Source: a virus | IMG/VR virus record: IMGVR_UViG_3300043774_000656 | Coordinates: 32,001-96,000 of that record | DNA: 64,000 nucleotides | Reading direction: 5' to 3' (one strand) | Part shown: piece after piece, positions 49,454 through 57,386 of the stretch | How the letters are laid out: each line of letters begins with the position of its first letter | How positions within the stretch are numbered: position 1 is the stretch's first letter | Program-made: the position numbers and the translations under genes | The notes under the pieces: model-generated | The model's database searches: none | Told to the model about the DNA's origin: nothing | What the model saw: only the letters and a program-made list of their open reading frames with translations

Positions 49454-49729
49454 ATGAAATACTTCCAGTTATTCGAACAATTTATAAACGAGTCGATCTA
49501 CGATATCGTTGGACGCAAGCAATTAAGAGTAGTTATTGAAGGTGACCCTGTTGCCAAAAATCATGAAAACATCCTGGCTGCTATGCTTAAAGCTGATAAT
49601 GAGAATAGTCTTAAATTCTTTGAAGCAACAGGTAAGATAGTAGGTAATATCACTAAGGTTAGACTTGATGCTATTAAGAGAGACTTGCGTTCTATTTCAA
49701 AAGATATCGTTATCAGAGAAAAGAAATAA
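49454..49729 (+). CDS. putative internal head protein (lone plus-strand gene)
   Basis: N-terminus MKYFQLFEQFINE. Confidence 0.7.
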   Translation: MKYFQLFEQFINESIYDIVGRKQLRVVIEGDPVAKNHENILAAMLKADNENSLKFFEATGKIVGNITKVRLDAIKRDLRSISKDIVIREKK

Positions 49730-49813
49730 TAGACTTAAGGGTAAGCGAAAGCCCAACTTAGGACCGGAAGCTTAGTTAATTCGCTATCGCTAGGTTTCAA
49801 TGTTACAATCAAC

Positions 49814-49836
49814 AGGCCGTCGAAAGACGGTCTTTT
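49814..49836 (+). terminator. rho-independent terminator between convergent genes
   Basis: AGGCCGTC-GAAA-GACGGTCT-TTT. Confidence 0.8.
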
Positions 49837-49843
49837 GATGTCT

Positions 49844-50182
49844 TTACTTTTTACGTTGAAAAATCATATATTGTACTGGACGATCTATGCACTTTTTAAG
49901 TACACCTAATTCCATAAACGTAACACGCATATTATCACCCCATTGATTGACGTATTCATAGTTGTGACCAAAGGCCTTGTCGACTTTATATTCAAATAGG
50001 GTGCCATCACTAAAATGGGTAAGCAAGCTGTCGCTTTCAGAGTATGCCCAATACCCTGTCCAATTTGCTGTTCTTCTTTTTTGACCGTCATAGTCAATTA
50101 TGCCGCTATAAAACACTGTGTCTTTTTGGGCCATTGCTGAAATTGATATTGCTGAAAGCAATAAAACTAAAAGTTTCTTCAT
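49844..50182 (-). CDS. secreted/periplasmic protein with Sec signal peptide
   Basis: MKKLLVLLLSAISISAMA|Q. Confidence 0.7.
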   Translation of the reverse strand: MKKLLVLLLSAISISAMAQKDTVFYSGIIDYDGQKRRTANWTGYWAYSESDSLLTHFSDGTLFEYKVDKAFGHNYEYVNQWGDNMRVTFMELGVLKKCIDRPVQYMIFQRKK

Positions 50183-50305
50183 GTGTTTGCTGTTTGTTGA
50201 TTGTTATGGTATGTATCGTTGAAGTTGAAGTTGAAGATGGAAATTCAGACTATTACTGTACCGTAACCCACTGGTTATCAGCAGATTTGGGTGCTGATTT
50301 TTCAG

Positions 50306-50440
50306 TCTAGATCAGTAAGATGAGTGATAGTATGTACTGAACCATAAGCTGTCTAAAACAGACTATTTCTGATGGCTAACTCACTGAAAATAAGTAACTT
50401 AAATACCATTGATTATCAGTAAGTTACGGTATAAATAAAG
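50306..50440. repeat. non-coding ~130-bp element (copy 1) with TGA-N3-TCA palindromic boxes
   Basis: colinear similarity to 58839-58985. Confidence 0.55.
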
Positions 50441-50565
50441 TCAGCAAGCTTGCTGTTTTTCAGGAACTTTGGCATGGTTATTGTAGCCTTCTGAAGTCTA
50501 TTTTTACCCACACCACAAAGGGCCACATATGTGGCCCAGTGCGGTCATCAATCAACAATTTATAT

Positions 50566-51663
50566 TTAGAATGGAGAACGAACGATGTTCTCCATGTCTA
50601 GCTTTTTAGTCAACATTTGACCAGCAACTACTTGAAGACGACGGCGGTCATAATCACTAATTTCAATACCGTTATCGTGTGTTGCAAAGTGCGTGATACC
50701 GTTGATGAGCTCCCATACTGAAGTACCGGTTTTTGCATTTTTCATTTTAGCTGCATCAAGTGTTTCAGCATCAACTCCAATTCGGTTGTAAGCTTGTTCA
50801 GTAGACTTGAGAGGTACCCAAGCTTCCATATCCTCTTTGCTCACATCAGCTACTGACCAGATGGCATTTGCTGCAGTATGCATTTCATGAAGTGAAGCAT
50901 TAGTACCGTTGGTTAAACGAACTGCATCAACAAAACCAAATGGCTGAAAGCTATTTTTACGCAATTCTTTCAAGTGCATCAAGAACTGGTTCATTTCAGC
51001 ATCATCAAGTTTAGTCAACTTGTACTGTTCTTCAAAACCACGTGTTACAAGACCGTTTGCACATACCAGACGATTGATGTATGGAGATACTTGAAAACCA
51101 TTTGACGGATTGTTAGTAAAGCTGATACCACCAATGAAGTGTTCATCTTTCATACCAGGTACATCGAAGCGCATGTTAGTGCTAAAAGCATTTACTGCAA
51201 TACCACCGTTATCAGAATTTACACTGAAGTCTGCAACGTCAAGTCCAGCATCGTTGATGATGTTATGGATAAAACCGATTGCAGTAGAGTTGCTGATAAG
51301 GTTACGGTTAGTTTTATGTACAGCTACGATAACCATTGTCTTTGGGTTCAACACAAGTGTTACGTTACGGTTGCCGTTTGAGGCCATTACGTTTTTGATA
51401 GTGTTGATGAACTTCTTTTGAGCATCAGGACCTACGATACCTTTAAAGCGTTCAACGAATGCTGTAGGTACTTTAAGGATCGACATCAGATCTTTGAAAG
51501 CTGGATTGGTGATCTTGACACGATGACCATTGTACTCAATGTTCTCATTGTCAATAATTGTAATTTGCTGCAAGGCAACTTCACGGCGGATAGGTTGCGT
51601 TTCAATTGCTTGCTGCATTCGCTCTTGTACTAGAGCATCGGCTAAACTTACTAATTGTGGCAT
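50566..51663 (-). CDS. DUF932-like protein
   Basis: PYINRLVCANGL and TSVWELINGITHFATH motifs. Confidence 0.65.
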   Translation of the reverse strand: MPQLVSLADALVQERMQQAIETQPIRREVALQQITIIDNENIEYNGHRVKITNPAFKDLMSILKVPTAFVERFKGIVGPDAQKKFINTIKNVMASNGNRNVTLVLNPKTMVIVAVHKTNRNLISNSTAIGFIHNIINDAGLDVADFSVNSDNGGIAVNAFSTNMRFDVPGMKDEHFIGGISFTNNPSNGFQVSPYINRLVCANGLVTRGFEEQYKLTKLDDAEMNQFLMHLKELRKNSFQPFGFVDAVRLTNGTNASLHEMHTAANAIWSVADVSKEDMEAWVPLKSTEQAYNRIGVDAETLDAAKMKNAKTGTSVWELINGITHFATHDNGIEISDYDRRRLQVVAGQMLTKKLDMENIVRSPF

Positions 51664-51686
51664 AAGATTTTGTTTTTGTTATGTTG

Positions 51687-51717
51687 TAAACTTAATACGT
51701 TTTGTTCAGATAAGAAA
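51687..51717 (-). promoter_or_regulatory. early promoter variant TTTC-N19-TAAGTTTA
   Basis: repeat-family member. Confidence 0.6.
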
Positions 51718-51757
51718 GTGTGTTGCTGTGTTTGCGAAACTTTGTTTTTCTGTTATA

Positions 51758-51765
51758 GTATATAT
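51758..51765 (-). promoter_or_regulatory. putative late promoter ATATATAC
   Basis: recurrent motif. Confidence 0.35.
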
Positions 51766-51773
51766 CAGAAATT

Positions 51774-52715
51774 TCAGATTTGTTCTTCATCAACTTCTGC
51801 ATTCTCAGCAACAGCTTCTTCTTCTGTATTTGCAAATATCTTATCCCATGCATCGGCATCTTTCTTCAACTCTTCCATTTCCTGATCAAGACGCTTTCTG
51901 TTCTCTTCTTCTTGAATAAAGCGTTCAGCATGATACAGTACATCACCTTCTGCAGCAAGGCTGAAATACATTTTCTTGTATACATCACCTCTTCGGTTCT
52001 TAGTAAACATCAGATAACGTTCTTGACCACCTTCTTCTGTAAAGCGTATTTCAAGCATACCTGTAGTATTGTGCTTCAGCTTGTTTGAACCAACGAAATT
52101 ACCACCTTTAGTTACTTGCTGAATCATCAAAAAGCTGGTGTAGCTGTTACCTTTGTTTTCACCATTGTTATGCTTAAGCATCAGGTCAATCAACCATTTC
52201 TCTGCAGAACCTGTTGTCATACCAGCAGTTTCTTTCACGGCGTCTTGTATCTCTACAAATGAGTCGCCAAGTACGATATCATAGCCACGGTCAAGTACTT
52301 GTTCAACTACCAGCTTGCAGTTCTCATCGGTGTACTCACCTAAGAACAAGATATCAATGTTGCCGAATTTTGGATAGCGCTGCATGTACTGGTACATATC
52401 TACACGTGACATTTCACCGCTAATGAACAGAACCTTTTCCTTCTGTTTCTTAATATCTGATATGATATCAAGACAGACTGTAGACTTACCAACACCTGGA
52501 TCACCGATGACGATGTAGTTGGTAGCACGAGGTATACCACCTTGGTTGCTGAATAGTTTATCGATGGCCTTGCCGCCTGACATTGACTCAAATACACGTT
52601 TGTCAAACTTGACCTTGCTGAGTTGAACCAACTCTACATTCTTTGTTAAAGTCTTACTGACAGTAACTTCTGCTTTTGTTTTTGTTGCGCGTTTGCGATT
52701 TCTTACTCTTGCCAT
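51774..52715 (-). CDS. RadA/Sms-like RecA-family ATPase (no Zn finger or Lon domain)
   Basis: GDPGVGKST, FISGE, GDSF, QVTKGG..GSNKLKH, KNRRG (cf. RadA KNRFG). Confidence 0.8.
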   Translation of the reverse strand: MARVRNRKRATKTKAEVTVSKTLTKNVELVQLSKVKFDKRVFESMSGGKAIDKLFSNQGGIPRATNYIVIGDPGVGKSTVCLDIISDIKKQKEKVLFISGEMSRVDMYQYMQRYPKFGNIDILFLGEYTDENCKLVVEQVLDRGYDIVLGDSFVEIQDAVKETAGMTTGSAEKWLIDLMLKHNNGENKGNSYTSFLMIQQVTKGGNFVGSNKLKHNTTGMLEIRFTEEGGQERYLMFTKNRRGDVYKKMYFSLAAEGDVLYHAERFIQEEENRKRLDQEMEELKKDADAWDKIFANTEEEAVAENAEVDEEQI

Positions 52716-52740
52716 TGTTGTATGATTGATGATTATGGTG

Positions 52741-52771
52741 TAAATATACTATGAAAAGTTGGAAAGTGAAA
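52741..52771 (-). promoter_or_regulatory. early promoter
   Basis: TTTC-N19-TATATTTA. Confidence 0.75.
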
Positions 52772-52787
52772 GTCTTTTGCAGTTTTC

Positions 52788-53195
52788 TTAGAAAGACATT
52801 TTAAAGATATCACTCATAGTATCAGCAACAGCAATTGCACCTTGGAAGTCATTCTGTCTTCCCCATACTTCTGCTTTTCCAGAATGACCAGATTTAGGTG
52901 TCACTGACCAGATCACGTCACCTGTTTCACGATCACAGATGCGAAAATCGTCATACAATGGCCCATTCATAGGACAGTTATTCTTAAAGAAGACATAGCA
53001 CTTGTCAGTATCAGTGTTTCTGAACTTGACCCAACGTTTAACCTGTTTCATCAACTTAATTGACTTACGTTCAAGTGAAGAGTCTTTGCAGAACCAGTCA
53101 TAGAAGTTATAGCAATCGTTGCTGCGACCTTCATTGTCAATGATGTTGCCGTTTTCGAATGCTTCAAGTTGTTTTGTAAGTGATACGCTTTTCAT
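52788..53195 (-). CDS. hypothetical early protein
   Basis: start MKSVSL after promoter leader; FYDWFC, FFKNNCP..LYDDFRICD. Confidence 0.75.
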   Translation of the reverse strand: MKSVSLTKQLEAFENGNIIDNEGRSNDCYNFYDWFCKDSSLERKSIKLMKQVKRWVKFRNTDTDKCYVFFKNNCPMNGPLYDDFRICDRETGDVIWSVTPKSGHSGKAEVWGRQNDFQGAIAVADTMSDIFKMSF

Positions 53196-53219
53196 GTTGA
53201 TTGTTTTAATGTTATGGTG

Positions 53220-53250
53220 TAAATATAACAAGGATCGGTTGAAGTTGAAA
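53220..53250 (-). promoter_or_regulatory. early promoter
   Basis: TTTC-N19-TATATTTA. Confidence 0.75.
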
Positions 53251-53266
53251 GTTATTTGCTGCTTTC

Positions 53267-53407
53267 TTAGTAGTCAGAAACTCTAAACTTAGTTCTGCCA
53301 TCTTTGATTTGCTGCTTTCGCTTTTTATTCTCAATAGTACGTTGACGAAAACGACCATCAAAAAAGCCTTGCTGCTTTGCAGATTCTCTGTTTTGGCCCT
53401 TGGCCAT
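53267..53407 (-). CDS. 46-aa basic protein, candidate ArfA-like ribosome rescue factor (not in ORF track)
   Basis: MAKGQNRESAKQQGFFDGRFRQRTIENKKRKQQIKDGRTKFRVSDY; gapless resemblance to recalled E. coli ArfA KGQ..[15 protein letters not shown]. Confidence 0.5.
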   Translation of the reverse strand: MAKGQNRESAKQQGFFDGRFRQRTIENKKRKQQIKDGRTKFRVSDY

Positions 53408-53420
53408 CTTGAATAGTTTA

Positions 53421-53783
53421 TCAGATACCGTCATAGTGGTAGTATTTATTTAGTATTACAATTGTCGGCAAATCGTTTCCAGCATCATCTGTTTCAAAAT
53501 ACCAGTCGTCACCTCCTTCCAGTTCACAGAAGATAGAACCATACGTATGATTGTCAAAGTTCTCAGTTATCATATAGGCTTCATTTTCGAATTGACTGAA
53601 GGTCAAGCTTCTGCCATCGCTATTGTCGTTGACGCATTCTGCATTGTTGCCAAGCTCGTAGTTGGTGCCTGCTTCGTCGTTTAAGACTCCAATCAAGTCT
53701 TCAGTACTTAGGTTAGACAGATAGTCATCAACTCTAGTTTTTGCCATAGATAGGCTGTGATGTTCTTGTTTCCAGGTACTCAT
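53421..53783 (-). CDS. hypothetical acidic early protein
   Basis: probable start MSTWKQ at 53783. Confidence 0.65.
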   Translation of the reverse strand: MSTWKQEHHSLSMAKTRVDDYLSNLSTEDLIGVLNDEAGTNYELGNNAECVNDNSDGRSLTFSQFENEAYMITENFDNHTYGSIFCELEGGDDWYFETDDAGNDLPTIVILNKYYHYDGI

Positions 53784-53784
53784 A

Positions 53785-54081
53785 TTATTTACTGTTTTTG
53801 GTTGGTTGATATTCGTCTCTAAATATGAACATGAACAGGTAACCACGATCTTCGTCCCAGTCACAGTCTGTTGTAACATATTTCCAGATCTCACTATCTT
53901 CTGGAACGTTGATTTTTCGCCAGTAATCGTAGCGCAGATATCGAGTTTCGAAGCGTTGCTGATATTCATTCCAGTCTCCGCCTCTGAACTGTATTTCGTT
54001 TTGATCGTGGCCAGTAGCAATCAGCAAGTCTTCAATCTTCTGTTCTACTGGATTCTGTGGTTGTTCGTTTTCTAATCGCAT
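53785..54081 (-). CDS. hypothetical early protein
   Basis: start MRLENE after promoter leader. Confidence 0.7.
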   Translation of the reverse strand: MRLENEQPQNPVEQKIEDLLIATGHDQNEIQFRGGDWNEYQQRFETRYLRYDYWRKINVPEDSEIWKYVTTDCDWDEDRGYLFMFIFRDEYQPTKNSK

Positions 54082-54100
54082 ATTGTTAATTGTTATGGTG

Positions 54101-54131
54101 TAAATATACAATGAAAGTTTGATACCCCAAA
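54101..54131 (-). promoter_or_regulatory. early promoter
   Basis: TTTG-N19-TATATTTA. Confidence 0.8.
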
Positions 54132-54156
54132 GAAAAAAACGAAAAAAACAGCAAAA

Positions 54157-54189
54157 GGGCTAACTTACTGAAAATCAGCAGGTTAGCCC
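54157..54189. repeat. palindromic box GGGCTAAC..CTGA-AAA-TCAG..GTTAGCCC (hairpin, terminator or protein site)
   Basis: inverted repeat read directly; same core as other intergenic boxes. Confidence 0.6.
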
Positions 54190-54211
54190 TAAGCTATTCA
54201 CAATCAACAAT

Positions 54212-55120
54212 TTAGCAATTTATGTTCAACTTCAACTCCTCAGAAGTCATCCATTCTGTATATGCCTCGTAATTTTCACCATACTCTTCTGACATAAAAT
54301 CTTCAATATCTTTACTCAATACCTTGTGTACGTTTACTGTACTTTCAAAAAAGTTTAGAACTGTCAGATACACTTTATGGCAATCACAATCTTCATCGTC
54401 TTCTTCAAGACCATCAGCAAGTGTATGCCACCAGGGGTTGCCATACATTTCTGACCATACTGTACCTAGAAAATTATCAAGTTCTGGGTACTCTTCAAGT
54501 TCAAAGCCATTGTCATGCATCCAGATCGCTAGGTCTTCAGCACAGTCTTTATGTATAATATGAATTTCAATTTCTTCAGCATTGACTGGAACTGCAAGTA
54601 CACCGATTTTGCGAAGATCAATACATGCCTTAATAATATCAATACATTGAAAGGTTGCCAATGCCTCACCTGGTTGTGGAGCATTTTTATTGCTGTTAAC
54701 CTTTTCTGCTTCTTCTATCAACTCAAACTTCAGCTTGCTGATATTGATACAACTGTTAATCATGTCTTGCCATTGTTGCCGTGTCTTACCCTTATATTGA
54801 GATTTGCGGCTACGTGTTTCATAATTCCACTCACCGTAACCAAGAGCAAAGTTGACAACTCCAAGATCCAACCATTCAGGTGCATGACCAAGAACCTTCC
54901 ATTCTCCTCGTTTTACATTCTGTAAAAAACCAAGACGACTAAGGTACGTTTGATATGTACGAGTACGATAGGCCTCGTTTTTGTTGATTCGTTTCCACCA
55001 GGTAACTTCTTCTACACCACGTGTGGCATTTACAAGTTCTGATGATTTGTAGGTACTGCCGACTGGTATTGCATTAATGAAGTCGACTACAGTTGAAAAT
55101 AAAGATCCGTCTTTACGCAT
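54212..55120 (-). CDS. hypothetical early protein (possible N-terminal winged helix)
   Basis: 302-aa ORF after promoter; YLSRLGFLQNVKRGEW. Confidence 0.7.
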   Translation of the reverse strand: MRKDGSLFSTVVDFINAIPVGSTYKSSELVNATRGVEEVTWWKRINKNEAYRTRTYQTYLSRLGFLQNVKRGEWKVLGHAPEWLDLGVVNFALGYGEWNYETRSRKSQYKGKTRQQWQDMINSCINISKLKFELIEEAEKVNSNKNAPQPGEALATFQCIDIIKACIDLRKIGVLAVPVNAEEIEIHIIHKDCAEDLAIWMHDNGFELEEYPELDNFLGTVWSEMYGNPWWHTLADGLEEDDEDCDCHKVYLTVLNFFESTVNVHKVLSKDIEDFMSEEYGENYEAYTEWMTSEELKLNINC

Positions 55121-55146
55121 GTTGATTATGTTTTATTGTTATAGGG

Positions 55147-55177
55147 TAAATATAACCTAAAGATTGTAGTTATGAAA
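55147..55177 (-). promoter_or_regulatory. early promoter
   Basis: TTTC-N19-TATATTTA. Confidence 0.75.
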
Positions 55178-55200
55178 GTAAGTTGCTGCTTTCTTGAAAA

Positions 55201-55626
55201 TTAGATTGCTGCAATTTCTGAACAGTCTTTGATGTACTTCAAACGATCTGTTGCTGAATATTCACCATTCACGTAGATCCAGTTGCCGTCTACTGTATAA
55301 AGATAGCCCCATTCTTCAACGTCGCTGGTCAAATACTCATCAATACTGGCATGCTGAATTTGCATAAAGTCTTCGCCACGATCTCGGTGATAGGCTACAG
55401 TTACACCTTCTTCAGGGTTGCTGAAGTCGTGTGCACCTTCTGGAAATACAAATTCATGTAGAGAACTAATAGAACCCAGGTCAATCAGCTGTTGTACCTT
55501 TTCACGGTGTTGATAGTTTTCAGCAAGTGTCTTGCCGTTGCCTTGAGGATAACCGTCCCAGTGACAGTAGATAGAGGTTACAGTACCATCTGCATTTTCA
55601 ATTCCAATTCTAGAGCGAGTTGCCAT
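55201..55626 (-). CDS. conserved phage early protein (YCHWDGYP family)
   Basis: MATRSRIG..SIYCHWDGYP..AYHRDRGE. Confidence 0.75.
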   Translation of the reverse strand: MATRSRIGIENADGTVTSIYCHWDGYPQGNGKTLAENYQHREKVQQLIDLGSISSLHEFVFPEGAHDFSNPEEGVTVAYHRDRGEDFMQIQHASIDEYLTSDVEEWGYLYTVDGNWIYVNGEYSATDRLKYIKDCSEIAAI

Positions 55627-55652
55627 GTTGATTATGTTTTAATGTTATGGTG

Positions 55653-55683
55653 TAAATATACCTTGAATGGTTCAGAATAAAAA
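55653..55683 (-). promoter_or_regulatory. early promoter
   Basis: TTTT-N19-TATATTTA. Confidence 0.7.
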
Positions 55684-55710
55684 GCGTTTTGCTGTTTATC
55701 TTATTTAGTA

Positions 55711-55950
55711 TCAGTCAAACCAGAGGACGTCAAAGATCTCCCTCTCTTCCACATCCGATTCCTTCACCTCGCACCAGTACTCCTCATTGACCTCATCGAA
55801 CTCATATGATACAAAATCTTCATCTGTGAAAAACTCGTCTTGGATCTCGTTGTATCTCTTTTTAAGCTCACTGATCAGCGCAATGGTTTTCTCGTCTTTT
55901 TGGAATTTCTCCTTGAACCCAAGGAGCTTCTCGATTAGATCTTCTTTCAT
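55711..55950 (-). CDS. very acidic small early protein
   Basis: D/E-rich 79 aa. Confidence 0.7.
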   Translation of the reverse strand: MKEDLIEKLLGFKEKFQKDEKTIALISELKKRYNEIQDEFFTDEDFVSYEFDEVNEEYWCEVKESDVEEREIFDVLWFD

Positions 55951-55974
55951 AGTGTATGTTTTAATGTTATGGTG

Positions 55975-56005
55975 TAAATATACAATGACTTATTGAAAGA
56001 TAAAA
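55975..56005 (-). promoter_or_regulatory. early promoter
   Basis: TTTT-N19-TATATTTA. Confidence 0.7.
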
Positions 56006-56019
56006 GAGAGTTGCTGCTT

Positions 56020-56235
56020 TTACATGCACATATAACTTTCTGTAGTTTGCCAGTAGGCCATGAACTCGTTTGCAGCTTCAGCAACTTCAGACTTGCTGAC
56101 CGCTTTATGTAGAGTTCTACGACTTCCCCAAACTCCTCGTAAGTTGACAGTTTCTCGAGTTGACCTGCTTACACGATAGTAGCCGCCTTTGTAATTGACA
56201 ATAGAACCGACTGATAGATTATTTTGATCTTTCAT
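56020..56235 (-). CDS. hypothetical early protein
   Basis: start MKDQNN after promoter leader. Confidence 0.7.
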   Translation of the reverse strand: MKDQNNLSVGSIVNYKGGYYRVSRSTRETVNLRGVWGSRRTLHKAVSKSEVAEAANEFMAYWQTTESYMCM

Positions 56236-56253
56236 AGTGTGATTGTTATGGTG

Positions 56254-56284
56254 TAAATATAACCCAACCCTATCAGAAGCCAAA
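56254..56284 (-). promoter_or_regulatory. early promoter
   Basis: TTTG-N19-TATATTTA. Confidence 0.75.
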
Positions 56285-56390
56285 GAGACCTACTGCTTTT
56301 GCATTTCTGCCGGATCTTCAACTTCAACCACTAGGTCTATATAGATCGCGCCGCTCCCGCACGCGCAAGAACAACCTTATAAAATAACTC

Positions 56391-56636
56391 TCAACCCCTT
56401 GGGGAACCCGGGGGCACCCCAGGCAATTCAACAGCCCCACAAACTTCAGCAAGCCACCCATCAAATCTTTCCTTATCCAGTCGCTCGTCTAGGTTTACCC
56501 AGATAAAAAAGAAGCCCACAAGGTTTCGATACTCCAAAATCGTCGCAGAATAACCAAGACTATAATACGTATCAGCCTCAAAATTCTTCCAGTCGTCTGG
56601 ACGCCATGTACCGATTATCTGATAGCAACAGGTCAT
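56391..56636 (-). CDS. hypothetical protein
   Basis: 81-aa ORF coupled (ATGA) to upstream gene. Confidence 0.45.
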   Translation of the reverse strand: MTCCYQIIGTWRPDDWKNFEADTYYSLGYSATILEYRNLVGFFFIWVNLDERLDKERFDGWLAEVCGAVELPGVPPGSPRG

Positions 56637-56998
56637 CGTTTCTTCTTACCAGTCTTTGGACTATTATCAAAACTAAAGTCACCATAAGGTGTGTAACCAT
56701 TGTTACGAGGAGCCGAGGGCTCTTGACGATTACTGAGTCGTTCTAGACGTTCAGTCGTCTTTTGAGAAGCTTTAGGCTCGTTAACAGTCTTTTTAGCCTC
56801 AGTCACCGTAACGGTTACCGGCACCTGATCAACATCAATCAGATAGAAGTCACGATTAGGATCATCAAGACCCTTAAACAGGTCAAGTATAGCCCGAGAC
56901 CAATCAGGGTCAACAATGGCTATCAGGCGATCAGTCACGACTAGACCACTGTCAGGGTCGATATCTCGATAGCGCAGTTCACGATTTTTTGCTTTCAT
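56633..56998 (-). CDS. hypothetical protein
   Basis: 121-aa ORF. Confidence 0.6.
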   Translation of the reverse strand: MKAKNRELRYRDIDPDSGLVVTDRLIAIVDPDWSRAILDLFKGLDDPNRDFYLIDVDQVPVTVTVTEAKKTVNEPKASQKTTERLERLSNRQEPSAPRNNGYTPYGDFSFDNSPKTGKKKR

Positions 56999-57386
56999 AA
57001 GGGTTATAGTCTAAGACTTACAGATTGTCTCAACGGCTTACAGGGTCGACAGAAGGGCGCGCAGACCCGGGCCAGCCCAAAAAATTTTGTAAACCGGTGA
57101 CAGTTGCCCTAATACCAAGAGCCCTATAAAAGACATCGCGGGGGCGGGCAGTTCCGGGGCCGGTATAACATTTGCGACAGGGTTCCAACGTTAACCCCTA
57201 ATACTGGGTATATTATAAGTAAACTTGTCATGACACCTACTGATCACCATGAATTTCCAGGACTATAGGGCGTTCACCCGAAAGGCTAGGTTTTTCGAAA
57301 ACTTCGAGGATTTCGGAGGTCACCCTCCCCCTCCGTCCGGCAGCACAATCAACAAAGCTACCGGACGGTCATGACCACGTGAGGTC

